Assembly: GCA_027306885.1 (NCBI GenBank)
Contig: DAHUYV010000135.1
Coordinates: 508-64,507 of the forward strand
Length of the DNA stretch: 64,000 bases
Origin: Candidatus Dormiibacterota bacterium
GTDB taxonomy: Bacteria > Chloroflexota > Dormibacteria > Aeolococcales > Bog-877
Direction of reading: 5' to 3'
Numbering within the stretch: position 1 is the stretch's first letter; every line of letters begins with the position of its first letter. This document shows positions 12,042-21,752 of this stretch, one piece after another. Below the pieces are notes generated by a model, which ran no database searches, was not told the origin of the DNA, and saw only the letters and a program-made list of their open reading frames with translations. A program made the translations under genes and the position numbers.

Positions 12042-12704
12042 GTGTTGTTCCTCGCGGTGCGGGTCCCGAGCACGGCGGCGGCAAGGGCCACGATCGCGGA
12101 GCTGGGGGAGCTCGGCCCCGAGGTGAAGACCGTGAGGCCGGACGGCCTCCACCTCACCCTGCGCTACCTGGGTCCCACGCCGCCGGACGCGGTGGACGGC
12201 TGGAGGGCGAGGGCCGCGGCCGCCGCCCGACTGGTCCCCGCCTTCTCGATCTCCCTGCTCGGGCTCGGGGCCTTCCCGTCGCCCTCTCGGCCCCGGGTGC
12301 TCTGGCTGGGGGCGGAGGGAGGAGCCGCGGAACTCGCCCGGCTCGCCGAGCTCCTCTCCGATCCTTCTCCCGATGGGGGCGCCGGACCGTGGGTTCCCCA
12401 CTGCACCCTGGCCCGGATCCAGGGTCGGCCCCGGGCATCGGTGCAACGCCGGCTCCTCGCTCTGGCCAGGGCGCCGGGGGTGCCTTTGGTGTTCACCGCC
12501 CATCACCTTGAGCTGCTGGAGTCGCTGCAGGTGAGTGGGGGCCCCAACCGATACCGGGCGCTGGGCCGCTTCCCCCTCGGCGGGGGCGGCTCACCACTCG
12601 GAGGGTCGGCCCCAGTACGGGTGGAGGAGGGGGTACCGGCGGCTGCCCAGCAGCTCCCGGGCCCGGCTGAAGAAGGCTCGGACCTCGGAGCGGCTGAGGA
12701 GTGA
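12042..12704 (+). CDS. RNA 2',3'-cyclic phosphodiesterase (ThpR/LigT 2H family) with about 35-aa C-terminal extension
   Basis: Two H-x-T-x motifs (HLTLRYLG, HCTLARI). The ORF runs on without a stop, overlapping the convergent gene. Confidence 0.7.
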   Translation: MLFLAVRVPSTAAARATIAELGELGPEVKTVRPDGLHLTLRYLGPTPPDAVDGWRARAAAAARLVPAFSISLLGLGAFPSPSRPRVLWLGAEGGAAELARLAELLSDPSPDGGAGPWVPHCTLARIQGRPRASVQRRLLALARAPGVPLVFTAHHLELLESLQVSGGPNRYRALGRFPLGGGGSPLGGSAPVRVEEGVPAAAQQLPGPAEEGSDLGAAEE

Positions 12705-13319
12705 TCCCAGCTCGGAGCGCAGGGTGGCGATCCGCTCGCGCTCGGCCAGCAGGGAGCCGAGATCGGTGAGCACCGGTTCCGGAACCGGCTCCCCGCCGAG
12801 CTCGGAGAGGACGGTGCGGAGCTTGAACTCCTCGTTGAAGGTGACACCGTGATCGATCGCCCTCAGCCCCAGGTCGTCGCCCACCAGGAGGTGGGCGGCC
12901 TTCCGGTCGGCGTTGTTGACCAGCACGTCCAGCGCCGCCAGCCGGCGCAGCTCCGCCTCCACCCGGGAGCGGTCCAGCTCCGGGGGCGAGGCCGGCCCGG
13001 CGATCCACTCCTGCATCGAGCCGGGGCCCAGCGGTGCCTCGGGACGAAGGACGGTTTGCGGCACCAGCTGCCAGCGCAGGGCCCGGTCGACCAGGTATGT
13101 GGCCACCTCCCGGCGGTGCAGGGTGCCCGGCGGAAAGTCCCAGAGGGGCCGCTCGCCGCGGGCCGGTTTGTAGATGGCGCCGACCGTCCCGGCGGGGGAC
13201 TCCAACGTCACCTTGAAGACGGCATTGCTGCCGCTGGGGATCCGGGTCATCTCCAGGACCCGGCCCTGGCGCAGGGCCAGCTCGCGCTCCGCCGCCGGCT
13301 TCTGGTGGGGGCCGTCCAT
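12591..13319 (-). CDS. SCO1664-family protein (PI3/PI4-kinase-like fold, TIGR03843-like)
   Basis: Motifs IYKPARGERPLWDFP, LDVLVNNADRKAAH and IDHGVTFNEE. Confidence 0.7.
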   Translation of the reverse strand: MDGPHQKPAAERELALRQGRVLEMTRIPSGSNAVFKVTLESPAGTVGAIYKPARGERPLWDFPPGTLHRREVATYLVDRALRWQLVPQTVLRPEAPLGPGSMQEWIAGPASPPELDRSRVEAELRRLAALDVLVNNADRKAAHLLVGDDLGLRAIDHGVTFNEEFKLRTVLSELGGEPVPEPVLTDLGSLLAERERIATLRSELGSLLSRSEVRAFFSRARELLGSRRYPLLHPYWGRPSEW

Positions 13320-13462
13320 AGGGGGTCAGCGTATACACCTGCCGGGCCGCCGCCACGGCGGCTTCTCGGCAGCGATGGTTAATGCAGGACGCGGCCCCGA
13401 TCCCGCACAATTCCTCCGATGTCGCATCCCCTCAGGCGGCCTGAGGCCGGGGGCGGTAGGCC

Positions 13463-14077
13463 GTGATCCAGGGGTTGGAGCACTTCCTCACCGTCGCCGG
13501 CTATCTCGCCCTCTTCCTGCTCACGGTGGCTCAGTGCTGCGGCTTCCCGGTCTCCAGCGAGGTGGTGCTCCCCTTCGCCGGTGTGCTGGTCGCCTCCGGG
13601 ACCCTGGCCCTGCTGCCCGCGGTGTTGGTGGCGCTGGCCGCGGAGCTGGTCGGCGGCCTCATCGCCTACGGGGTTGCGGCCTGGGTGGGCCGGGCGGCGC
13701 TGGTGGGCTTCGGGCAGCGCTTCAAGCTGAAGGAGAGCCACTTCGAGGCCGCCGAGCGCTTCTACGCGCGGCGGGGGACGGCGGCGGTGGCCGTGGGCCG
13801 GGTGCTGCCCGTGGTGCGCAGCTACACCTCCTTCCCGGCGGGTTTCGCCCGCATGCCGCTGGCCAAGTTCATCCCCGCCACCCTGGTGGGGGCGCTGGTG
13901 TGGGACCTCGGCCTCATCGTCGCCGGGATGGAGCTGGGCAAGCACTTCTCGGTGATCGGCAAGGTGATCAAGCCCCTGGAGTACGTGATCGCGGCGCTGG
14001 TGGTCTTGGGGATCCTCTACGTGGTCTACCGGTACATAAACCGCCCGGTCAGCCGCGCCGACGACCCGGGGGCGTAG
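13463..14077 (+). CDS. DedA/SNARE-associated family membrane protein
   Basis: VLPVVRSYTSFPAGFARMP DedA signature; 4-5 transmembrane segments. Confidence 0.85.
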   Translation: MIQGLEHFLTVAGYLALFLLTVAQCCGFPVSSEVVLPFAGVLVASGTLALLPAVLVALAAELVGGLIAYGVAAWVGRAALVGFGQRFKLKESHFEAAERFYARRGTAAVAVGRVLPVVRSYTSFPAGFARMPLAKFIPATLVGALVWDLGLIVAGMELGKHFSVIGKVIKPLEYVIAALVVLGILYVVYRYINRPVSRADDPGA

Positions 14078-14378
14078 TAAACTCACCTTAACGTGAGCGT
14101 CAAGCCAGCGGCGGCTGGCCTCGCCCGCCGCCCGGACCCCTGCACTTGGATCGGCTCCTTCCCGGTCGTGAGCCCGGTCGGGTCCGGATGCCTGCTGGAG
14201 AGGGATGGCGGCCCCGCCACCCACTTCCAGCCCCACACCGACGGGGCGCGCCGGGCCCATCTGGGCCCGTCCTACGACGCCGATCCCAGCCACCATGGCG
14301 TCGGGATCGACTTCACACGGGTCGGCCCGAAGGCTGCGGCGCAGACGATCGTGGGAGCCGACCGGGCCTTGGTGCGTC

Positions 14379-14852
14379 ATGCGATCGGGGGCTGAACCCG
14401 CTCCCGCCTCAGAACTCAGGATCGGGGAGGTGGCCACCCTCACCGGGGTAACCACCCGCACCCTGCGCTACTACGAGGAGCTGGGGCTGATCGCGCCCTG
14501 CTCGCGCACCAGCAGCGCCCAGGAGCGCCGCTACACCGAGGAGGCGGTGACCCGGGTGCGGCGCATCCGCGAGCTGCAGGAGGTGCTCGGCTCCGGCCTC
14601 TCCGAGATCCGCGAGGCGCTCCTCGCCGAGGACCGCATGGATCACCTGCGCCAGGCCTACCGGCGCAGCACCTCGGTGGCCAAGCAGGCGGAGGTGCTGC
14701 GGGAGGCGGTGGAGGTCGCCGACCGCCAGCTGGCCCAGGTGGGGAGGCGGCAAGAGCGCCTTGGCCAACTGCGCCTGGAGCTGGAGGAGCGCCGCAGCCG
14801 CCATCTGCAGAAGCTGGCGGAGCTGGAGCAAAAGGCTGAAGAAACCCGGTAG
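14379..14852 (+). CDS. MerR-family transcriptional regulator
   Basis: N-terminal HTH IGEVATLTGVTTRTLRYYEELGLI plus a coiled-coil C-terminus. Confidence 0.8.
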   Translation: MRSGAEPAPASELRIGEVATLTGVTTRTLRYYEELGLIAPCSRTSSAQERRYTEEAVTRVRRIRELQEVLGSGLSEIREALLAEDRMDHLRQAYRRSTSVAKQAEVLREAVEVADRQLAQVGRRQERLGQLRLELEERRSRHLQKLAELEQKAEETR

Positions 14853-15037
14853 CCGCAGGGGCCGTGGCATGCTCGCCGTCCCGCGGCGCTGGGCCGGCGG
14901 ACGCGCCGAGGTCTGCAGGGCGGACCCGGCGCTCGAAGCGCGCGGGGCGCTGACCCGGGCGGCAAAGCCGCCTCCCGCCGGGATCACGCGGTGGCCACCG
15001 GCGGGGTGCTCATCCTGCGCTGTCAACGGTGGAGCGG

Positions 15038-15116
15038 TGGTGCGCCCAGAGGGATTTGAACCCCCGCAAACCCAGATCCGTAGTCTGGTGCTCTATCCGG
15101 GCTGAGCTATGGGCGC
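15038..15116 (-). tRNA. tRNA-Arg (anticodon ACG)
   Basis: Cloverleaf on the minus strand: GCGCCCA acceptor, loop CTACGGA, TTCAAAT T-loop, CCA encoded. Confidence 0.8.
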
Positions 15117-15144
15117 GTCCGGTCTCTGAGTGTACCGTTCGCGG

Positions 15145-15372
15145 CTACGCGGTCTCCCGAAGCCGTTGCTCCAGGGCCTTGGTGGCCGCGATCCGGCACT
15201 CCACCTGGTCCAGGACGTCCTCGAGCTCGGTTCGCAACCGATCGTCAAGAGTCACCGGGTGGTTGTCCAACTCCCGGAGCAGGGCAGAGAACTGCAGAGC
15301 CTTCTGTTCGATCTTGGCCACCAGTTCGGGTGCGCTCAGCCGACTCTGCTGCGCTGGTCCTGCCATCTCCAC
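15145..15372 (-). CDS. small hypothetical coiled-coil protein (about 75 aa)
   Basis: ATG-initiated MAGPAQQSRLSAPELVAKIEQKALQFSALLRELDNH... lying between two tRNA genes; non-Arg-rich, coding-like composition. Confidence 0.3.
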   Translation of the reverse strand: MEMAGPAQQSRLSAPELVAKIEQKALQFSALLRELDNHPVTLDDRLRTELEDVLDQVECRIAATKALEQRLRETA

Positions 15373-15592
15373 TTTCGGACCCTCCTGTAAGGAGACCTGC
15401 GGGTTCTCGGGACCGACTGTCGATCCCCTCGTCCCCGCGCCCATGCTAGCTCGGCGGGGCCTGCCGTGGAGCGATCGCCCAGGTCCGAATTGCCGGCCCG
15501 ACGCGGCGCCCGAGGGGGGCACGAGTCGCACGGTGCCGAGGTGGCGAATGGCTATACTCGGCGACGCGCTGCGGTGACCCCGCAACCGGTTG

Positions 15593-15677
15593 GCGCGGAT
15601 GGCGGAATTGGTAGACGCGCGGGGCTTAGAACCCCGTGGGGCGACCCGTCCGAGTTCGAGCCTCGGTCCGCGCACCA
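15593..15677 (+). tRNA. tRNA-Leu (anticodon TAG), type II long variable arm
   Basis: GCGCGGA acceptor, loop CTTAGAA, long variable arm, TTCGAGC T-loop, CCA encoded. Confidence 0.85.
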
Positions 15678-15698
15678 CGGCATTCCAGATAGAGGTAC

Positions 15699-17024
15699 AT
15701 GGCACAGACATCCCAGGACCTTGCCGGACTTGAGGTGGGAGTAGAGCGCCAGCCGAGCTCGGAGGTGCGTCTCAGCGTGGAGGCGCCGGCGGCCGAGGGG
15801 GAGCGGGGGATCCTACGTGCGGTGGCCCAGCTCGGGCAGCAGGTGAGGCTACCCGGCTTCCGGCCGGGCAAGGCGCCCGCCGCCGTTGTCGAGCGCACGG
15901 TGGGCTGGCCCGCGCTCCGGCAGGAGGCGATCGACATCCTGCTGCCTGAGCTCTACGAGCGCGCCCTGCGCCAGGAGGGGCTGGACCCGGTCACCCCGCC
16001 GAACGTAACCGAGGTCACCCTGGAGCGTGGGGAGCCGGTGCGGTTCAGCGCCAGCCTGGTGGTCCGCCCCGAGGTCACGCTGGGCGACTATCGGGCGATC
16101 CGAGTGCCGCTGGAGACGAAGCCGGCTCCCGAGGAGGAGGTGGAGTCGACCCTGGAGGAGCTCCGGCAGCGCTACGCCCAGCTCTCCGACGCCGAGGAGG
16201 GCCGCCCGGTCCAGGCCGGCGACGTGGTGAGCGCCCGCCTCACCATGCGCCACGGGGACCAGATGGTGGGAACCCCGGCGCAGGAGCAGACCCTGGACCT
16301 GCAGCGCGGAGACCTCCTGCCCGGGATGGCCGACCAGCTGATCGGGGCGGCGGTGGGCGCGGACCCCGTGGAGATCACCCTCACCCTGCCAGAGGACTAT
16401 CCCCGGGAGGAGCTGAGGGGGGAGCTGGTGACGATCACCGCCGAGCTGACCCGCATCCAGGCCAAGGAGCTGCCCGCCCTGGACGACAACCTGGCCGCCA
16501 TCGTGGGCCGGGGCGAGACCCTGGAGGAGCTGCGTCGGTTCGTCCGCGAGCAGCTGGCAGCTGAGCTGGCCGCCCAGGCCGAGCGCGATCGCGCCCAAAA
16601 GGCGCTCGAGCAGCTGCTGGCGGTGACCAAGGTCGACGTCCCCGAGGCGATGATCCAGACGGAGATCGACCGCGAGGTGGACGAGATGGACCGCAGCCTG
16701 AAGGAGGCGGGGCTGGGCCTGGAGGCGCTGCTTTCCGCCCAGGGCAAGTCGCTGGAGCAGCTGCGCGGGGAGCAGCGTCAGGGAGCGCTGGAGCGGGTGC
16801 GTCTCGACCTGGCGCTGGGCCAGGTGGCCGTGGCCGAGGGCCTCCAGGTCTCCGACCAGGAGCTGGACCAGGCGATCTCCAGCATCCTCGCCAAGGGCTC
16901 GACTCGCGAGGCCCGGCGGCGGGCCCGGGATCCGCTGCGTCGTGAGCTTCTGCGGGGACGGGCCCGGGATCTGGTTCTGGCGTTGGCGCGGGGCGAAGGG
17001 CCGGGAGCGCCCGCGGAGGGCTGA
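15699..17024 (+). CDS. tig: trigger factor
   Basis: Full-length homology (GFRPGKAP signature). Confidence 0.9.
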   Translation: MAQTSQDLAGLEVGVERQPSSEVRLSVEAPAAEGERGILRAVAQLGQQVRLPGFRPGKAPAAVVERTVGWPALRQEAIDILLPELYERALRQEGLDPVTPPNVTEVTLERGEPVRFSASLVVRPEVTLGDYRAIRVPLETKPAPEEEVESTLEELRQRYAQLSDAEEGRPVQAGDVVSARLTMRHGDQMVGTPAQEQTLDLQRGDLLPGMADQLIGAAVGADPVEITLTLPEDYPREELRGELVTITAELTRIQAKELPALDDNLAAIVGRGETLEELRRFVREQLAAELAAQAERDRAQKALEQLLAVTKVDVPEAMIQTEIDREVDEMDRSLKEAGLGLEALLSAQGKSLEQLRGEQRQGALERVRLDLALGQVAVAEGLQVSDQELDQAISSILAKGSTREARRRARDPLRRELLRGRARDLVLALARGEGPGAPAEG

Positions 17025-17096
17025 ATCTCGGCGCCTGGGTATACTCGGCGGGGACGGGGCGTGCCCCGAGCTGAACCCGCTACCCAGGAGAACGGT

Positions 17097-17765
17097 ATGG
17101 CCCTCATTCCGATGGTCGTTCAGACCACCAGCCGGGGCGAGCGCGCCTTTGACATCTACTCGAGGCTGCTTCAGGACCGGATCATCTTCATCGGCACGCC
17201 CATCGACGACCAGATCGCCAACCTGGTGATGGCCCAGATGCTGTACCTGGAGAGCGAGGATCCCGAGCGAGACATCAACGTGTACATCAACAGCCCGGGT
17301 GGGTCGGTCTCGGCGGGGCTGGCGATCTACGACACGATGCAGTACATCAAGCCCAAGGTCAGCACCTTCTGCATGGGGCTCGCGGCTTCGTTCGGATGCA
17401 TCCTGCTGGCGGGTGGCGCCAAGGGCCAACGCTTCAGCCTCCCCAACACCCGGATCATGATGCACCAGCCCAGCGGGGGCTTCCAGGGCCAGGCGGCCGA
17501 CATTCAGATCCAAGCCCAGGAGATCCTGCGGCTGCGCCGCACCATCGATCAGATCCTGGCCTTCCACACCGGCAAGCCCGTCGAGCAGATCACCAGGGAC
17601 TCGGATCGCGACTTCTACATGTCCCCCCAGGAGGCCCTGGAGTACGGTCTCATCGACCACATCCTCAGCCCCCAGAGGGGTGCGGACGGCCCCGCCCCGA
17701 GCAACGGCAAGGCTCAGCCGGAAGTCGTGGAGGCCGAGTCGGAGCCGGCTCCGGCGGGTCGCTGA
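17097..17765 (+). CDS. clpP: ATP-dependent Clp protease proteolytic subunit
   Basis: Catalytic-triad context ([16 protein letters not shown]); an alternative start lies at 17061. Confidence 0.95.
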   Translation: MALIPMVVQTTSRGERAFDIYSRLLQDRIIFIGTPIDDQIANLVMAQMLYLESEDPERDINVYINSPGGSVSAGLAIYDTMQYIKPKVSTFCMGLAASFGCILLAGGAKGQRFSLPNTRIMMHQPSGGFQGQAADIQIQAQEILRLRRTIDQILAFHTGKPVEQITRDSDRDFYMSPQEALEYGLIDHILSPQRGADGPAPSNGKAQPEVVEAESEPAPAGR

Positions 17766-17776
17766 GGGCCTGGGTG

Positions 17777-17995
17777 ATGACCGGCGGGCAGAAGGGCAGG
17801 GCGTCCGAGGGCGGCAGGTCCTTTCTCCGGCTGGTGCGGGGTCGGGGAGCCAGTTGCGGCTTCTGCGGCCGTCCCGCCACCGCGGTGGCGCTGGTCGCTG
17901 GTCAGGGCTCAGGGCAGGCGGCGATCTGCCCGAGCTGCGTGAGCCGCCTGTCGGCCAGTCTGCACGGCCCCGGTGATGGGGGGAGCGCGGCATGA
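17777..17995 (+). CDS. small ClpX-type C4 zinc-ribbon protein (about 72 aa)
   Basis: C-GF-C-x20-C-PS-C aligns to the ClpX zinc-binding domain C-SF-C-x18-C-DQ-C (shared -AG- in the spacer). Starts 12 nt after the clpP stop; its stop overlaps the clpX ATG (ATGA); GC3-rich. Confidence 0.55.
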   Translation: MTGGQKGRASEGGRSFLRLVRGRGASCGFCGRPATAVALVAGQGSGQAAICPSCVSRLSASLHGPGDGGSAA

Positions 17996-19245
17996 ACGAG
18001 CGGGAGGATCGCCGCCGCCACACCCGCTGCTCCTTCTGCAACAAGGGCCAGGACCAGGTGCGCAAGTTGATCGCCGGCCCGGGGGTCTACATCTGCGACC
18101 AGTGCATCGAGCTCTGTCAGGAGGTGCTGGAGGAGGAGAGCAAGGGGGCGGCGGCCCACCGGCCCCGCACCAACGTCGTCCCCAGCCCCCAGGCGATCTG
18201 GAACTCACTGAACCAGTACGTGGTGGGGCAGGATCAGGCCAAGCGGGTCCTGTCGGTGGCCGTATACAACCACTACAAGCGCGTCAATCACGCGCGGGAG
18301 GTGGGGGACGTCGAGCTCCAGAAGTCCAACGTCCTCTTGGTGGGCCCCACCGGCTGTGGTAAGACCCTGCTGGCCCAGACCCTCGCCAAGGTGCTGGACG
18401 TGCCCTTCTCGATCGCGGACGCCACCTCGCTCACTGAGGCGGGGTACGTCGGTGAGGATGTGGAGAACATCCTGCTGCGTCTCATCCAGGCCGCCGACTT
18501 CGACGTGGCCCGGGCCGAGCGGGGGATCATCTACATCGACGAGATCGACAAGATCTCGCGCAAGTCCGACAATCCCTCGATCACCCGAGACGTCTCCGGC
18601 GAGGGGGTGCAGCAGGCGCTTCTGAAGATCCTCGAGGGCACGGTCGCCAACGTCCCGCCCCAGGGTGGCCGCAAGCACCCGCACCAGGACTTCATCCAGA
18701 TCAACACCGCCAACATCCTCTTCATCTGCGGCGGGGCCTTCGAGGGGCTGGAGAAGCTCATCGAGCAGAGGGTCGGCCACCGCACCATCGGTTTCAGCAG
18801 CGAACCCGGGGGTCCCCGGACCAAGGAGAGCACCCAGATCCTCCACGAGCTCCAATCTCAGGACCTCCTGCGCTATGGACTGATCCCGGAGTTCGTGGGG
18901 CGGCTCCCGGTGGTGGTGTCGCTGGAGAGCCTCGACGAGGACGACATCCTGCACATCCTCACCGAGCCCAAGAACGCCTTCGTCAAGCAGTACGAGAAGT
19001 TCTTCGCCCTTGACGACGTCGAGCTGGTCTTCGAAGAGGGGGCGCTCCGGGCGATCGCCCACCGGGCGCTGGCCCTCGGCACCGGGGCGCGGGGGCTGAA
19101 GAGCATCCTGGAGTCGGTGCTGCTCGGCAGCATGTTCGCGGTGCCCTCGCGACCGGAGGTCAAGCGCTGCCTCATCACCGAGCGAGCCATCCTGGAGTCC
19201 ACCGAGCCCGAGCTGGTGGTGGAGGAGGAGGCCGCCTCGGCCTGA
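17992..19245 (+). CDS. clpX: ATP-dependent Clp protease ATP-binding subunit ClpX
   Basis: N-terminal zinc-binding domain CSFCNK...ICDQC; Walker A GPTGCGKT; IGF-like loop. Confidence 0.95.
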   Translation: MNEREDRRRHTRCSFCNKGQDQVRKLIAGPGVYICDQCIELCQEVLEEESKGAAAHRPRTNVVPSPQAIWNSLNQYVVGQDQAKRVLSVAVYNHYKRVNHAREVGDVELQKSNVLLVGPTGCGKTLLAQTLAKVLDVPFSIADATSLTEAGYVGEDVENILLRLIQAADFDVARAERGIIYIDEIDKISRKSDNPSITRDVSGEGVQQALLKILEGTVANVPPQGGRKHPHQDFIQINTANILFICGGAFEGLEKLIEQRVGHRTIGFSSEPGGPRTKESTQILHELQSQDLLRYGLIPEFVGRLPVVVSLESLDEDDILHILTEPKNAFVKQYEKFFALDDVELVFEEGALRAIAHRALALGTGARGLKSILESVLLGSMFAVPSRPEVKRCLITERAILESTEPELVVEEEAASA

Positions 19246-19412
19246 TCCCGCCGTCGGCGCGATCGGTCCGGGTACACTGGGTCGAGAGGGGCCCGGTGGC
19301 GGCAGGCCCGCATCTTGCTTCTGCTCGTCCTTTTTCGACGGGACGAGCCCGGCCCAAGGCAGTGACGGTGGAGTGGCGCTGGTGCCACCCGCCCGGACAG
19401 GAGTCATCGAGG
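19246..19412 (+). promoter_or_regulatory. structured 5' leader of metE, candidate riboswitch (cobalamin-like or SAM-binding)
   Basis: 167-nt GC-rich leader with GGTG...GGCCCGC...CACTGG/GCCACC elements that partly resemble B12-box features, followed by RBS GGAG 11 nt before the ATG. Confidence 0.3.
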
Positions 19413-21743
19413 ATGTCTGACAGCGCAGCCGGACGACTTACCACCACCACCCTGGGGTTCCCGCGGATCGGTCCAGGCCGCGAGCTCAAGCGGGCCCTGG
19501 AGTCGTATTGGGCCGATCGAATCGACGCCAGCGAATTGAAGAGCCGGGCGGCGGAGATCCGAGCTCAGCGCTGGAGGAGCCAGCGGGATGCCGGGATCGA
19601 CCAGATCCCCAGCGGCGACTTCTCCCTCTACGACCACGTTCTGGACACGGCGATCATGGTCGGGGCGGTCCCGGCGCGTTTCCAGCGATTGGGCCTCGCC
19701 GACGAGCTGGCCCTGACCTTCGCCATGGCCCGGGGAGCCGAGGGTCCGGTGGGCGAGGTTGCTCCCCTGGACATGACCAAGTGGTTTGACACCAACTACC
19801 ACTACCTGGTCCCGGAGTTGGAGACGGGCCAGCGCTTCAAGCTCAGCTCCACCCGACCGGTCGACGAGTTCCAGGAGGCGCTCGCCCTCGGGATCGAGAC
19901 CCGGCCGGTGCTGCTCGGTCCCCTCACCTTCCTCTCTCTCAGCAAGATCCCCGACAGCACCAAGTCGCCGCTGACACTGCTGGACGCCCTCCTACCGGTG
20001 TACGGGCAGCTCTTGGCCAAGCTTCGGGCCGCGGGTGCCAGCTGGGTCCAGCTGGACGAGCCCTGCCTGGCCCAGGATGCCCCGGTCGCCCTCCTGGAGG
20101 GCATGGAGCGTGCCTACTTTCAGCTGCGGCAGGCTGCCCCGGACCTGCGAATCCTCCTCGCCTCTTACTTCGGGGGGCTGGGACCAAACCTTGAGACGGC
20201 TCTCCAGCTACCGGTGGACGCGGTTCATCTGGACCTGGCCCGTGGCCCGGAGGACCTGGAGCCGGCCCTGGAGCTGGTGCCTGAGTCGCTGATCCTCTGC
20301 CTCGGGGTGGTGGACGGTCGCAATGTGTGGCGGTTGGACCCCGACCGGGCGCTCGCCGCCATCGGGAGGGCGGCGTCGAAGGTCGGCCCGCAGCGGCTGA
20401 TGGTCGCCCCGTCCTGCTCGCTCATGCACCTGCCGGTGACCGTGCGCGGTGAGGAGGGGGGCCTGGACGAGGAGCTCACCTCGTGGCTGGCCTTCGCCGA
20501 GGAGAAACTCGAGGAGGTCGTCCTCCTGGCCACCGGGCTGGAGCCGGGCGGCGCCCGTTCCGAGGGGATGGAGCGCTTGCGGGATTCGGTTCGGGAGCGC
20601 CGCGATTCCCCCCGCCGGCACCGGCCCGAGGTGCAGGCTCGGGCCCGAGCCGTCACCCCCGCCGACTTTCGGTCGGGGCAGAGCCCGAGCGAGCGACAGG
20701 CGTTCGCGGCGCGGCTTCGGCTCCCGCTCCTGCCCACCACCACCATCGGCTCCTTCCCGCAGGGCACCGAGCTCCGACAGGCGCGTGCCCGGCTGCGCCG
20801 CGGGGAGCTGGACCAGGCCGGCTACGAGGCGGTGATCGAAGAGGAGGTCCGCAGGGTGGTCCGCTTCCAGGAGGAGGCTGGGCTGGACCTCCTGGTGCAC
20901 GGCGAGCCCGAGCGCAACGACATGGTCGAGTACTTCGCCGAGCTCCTGGATGGGATCGCGACCACCCGGCAGGGCTGGGTCCAGTCCTACGGGTCGCGCT
21001 GCGCCAAGCCCCCGATCGTCATCGGCGACGTGCACCGGCCGGCGCCGATGACGGTGCGCTGGACCCGGTTCGCCCAGAGCCTCACCACTCGGCCGGTCAA
21101 GGGCATCATCACCGGGCCGGTCACCATCCTGCAGTGGTCGTTCCCGCGCGAGGACGTGACCCGTGAGGAGAGCTGCCGGCAGATCGCGCTGGCGTTGCGG
21201 GACGAGGTCTCCGACCTGGAGGCGGCGGGCATCACCGTGATCCAGATCGACGAGCCGGCGCTGAGGGAGGGGCTGCCCCTGCGCCGGGCCGCCCAGGCCG
21301 ACTATCTGAGGTGGGCGGTGGACGGCTACCGGCTCACCGCGGGGGGCGCCAGCCCGCCGGTGCAGGTGCACACTCACATGTGCTACTCGGAGTTCTCCGA
21401 CATCATGGACGCCATCCGTGAGCTGGACGCCGACGCCCTCTACATCGAGGCGGCCCGGTCGGGAATGGCGCTGCTGCACTCCCTGGCGGACTCCGGATAC
21501 TCCGGCCCGGTGGGTCCAGGCCTTTACGACATCCACTCGCCGGTGGTCCCCACCGTGGAGGAGATGGCGTCGCGACTCAGGGCGGCGGCCTCCGTCATCG
21601 CCCCGGACCGCCTGTGGGCGAACCCCGACTGCGGGCTGAAGACCAGGACCTGGGCCGAGGTGGACCCCTCTCTGCGACGCCTGGTGGGGGCCGCCCGACT
21701 GGTGGCCGCGGAGTTGGCGCCGGCTTCGGCCGGCGCGCGCTGA
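19413..21743 (+). CDS. metE: cobalamin-independent methionine synthase
   Basis: Full-length homology, including both UroD-like barrels. Confidence 0.95.
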   Translation: MSDSAAGRLTTTTLGFPRIGPGRELKRALESYWADRIDASELKSRAAEIRAQRWRSQRDAGIDQIPSGDFSLYDHVLDTAIMVGAVPARFQRLGLADELALTFAMARGAEGPVGEVAPLDMTKWFDTNYHYLVPELETGQRFKLSSTRPVDEFQEALALGIETRPVLLGPLTFLSLSKIPDSTKSPLTLLDALLPVYGQLLAKLRAAGASWVQLDEPCLAQDAPVALLEGMERAYFQLRQAAPDLRILLASYFGGLGPNLETALQLPVDAVHLDLARGPEDLEPALELVPESLILCLGVVDGRNVWRLDPDRALAAIGRAASKVGPQRLMVAPSCSLMHLPVTVRGEEGGLDEELTSWLAFAEEKLEEVVLLATGLEPGGARSEGMERLRDSVRERRDSPRRHRPEVQARARAVTPADFRSGQSPSERQAFAARLRLPLLPTTTIGSFPQGTELRQARARLRRGELDQAGYEAVIEEEVRRVVRFQEEAGLDLLVHGEPERNDMVEYFAELLDGIATTRQGWVQSYGSRCAKPPIVIGDVHRPAPMTVRWTRFAQSLTTRPVKGIITGPVTILQWSFPREDVTREESCRQIALALRDEVSDLEAAGITVIQIDEPALREGLPLRRAAQADYLRWAVDGYRLTAGGASPPVQVHTHMCYSEFSDIMDAIRELDADALYIEAARSGMALLHSLADSGYSGPVGPGLYDIHSPVVPTVEEMASRLRAAASVIAPDRLWANPDCGLKTRTWAEVDPSLRRLVGAARLVAAELAPASAGAR

Positions 21744-21752
21744 GGCCTTTGC

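Noticed and set aside
14093-14395. 100-aa ORF between DedA and MerR
   Set aside because: Pro/Gly/Arg-rich; no RBS; it overlaps the MerR start. More likely a non-coding intergenic or promoter region.
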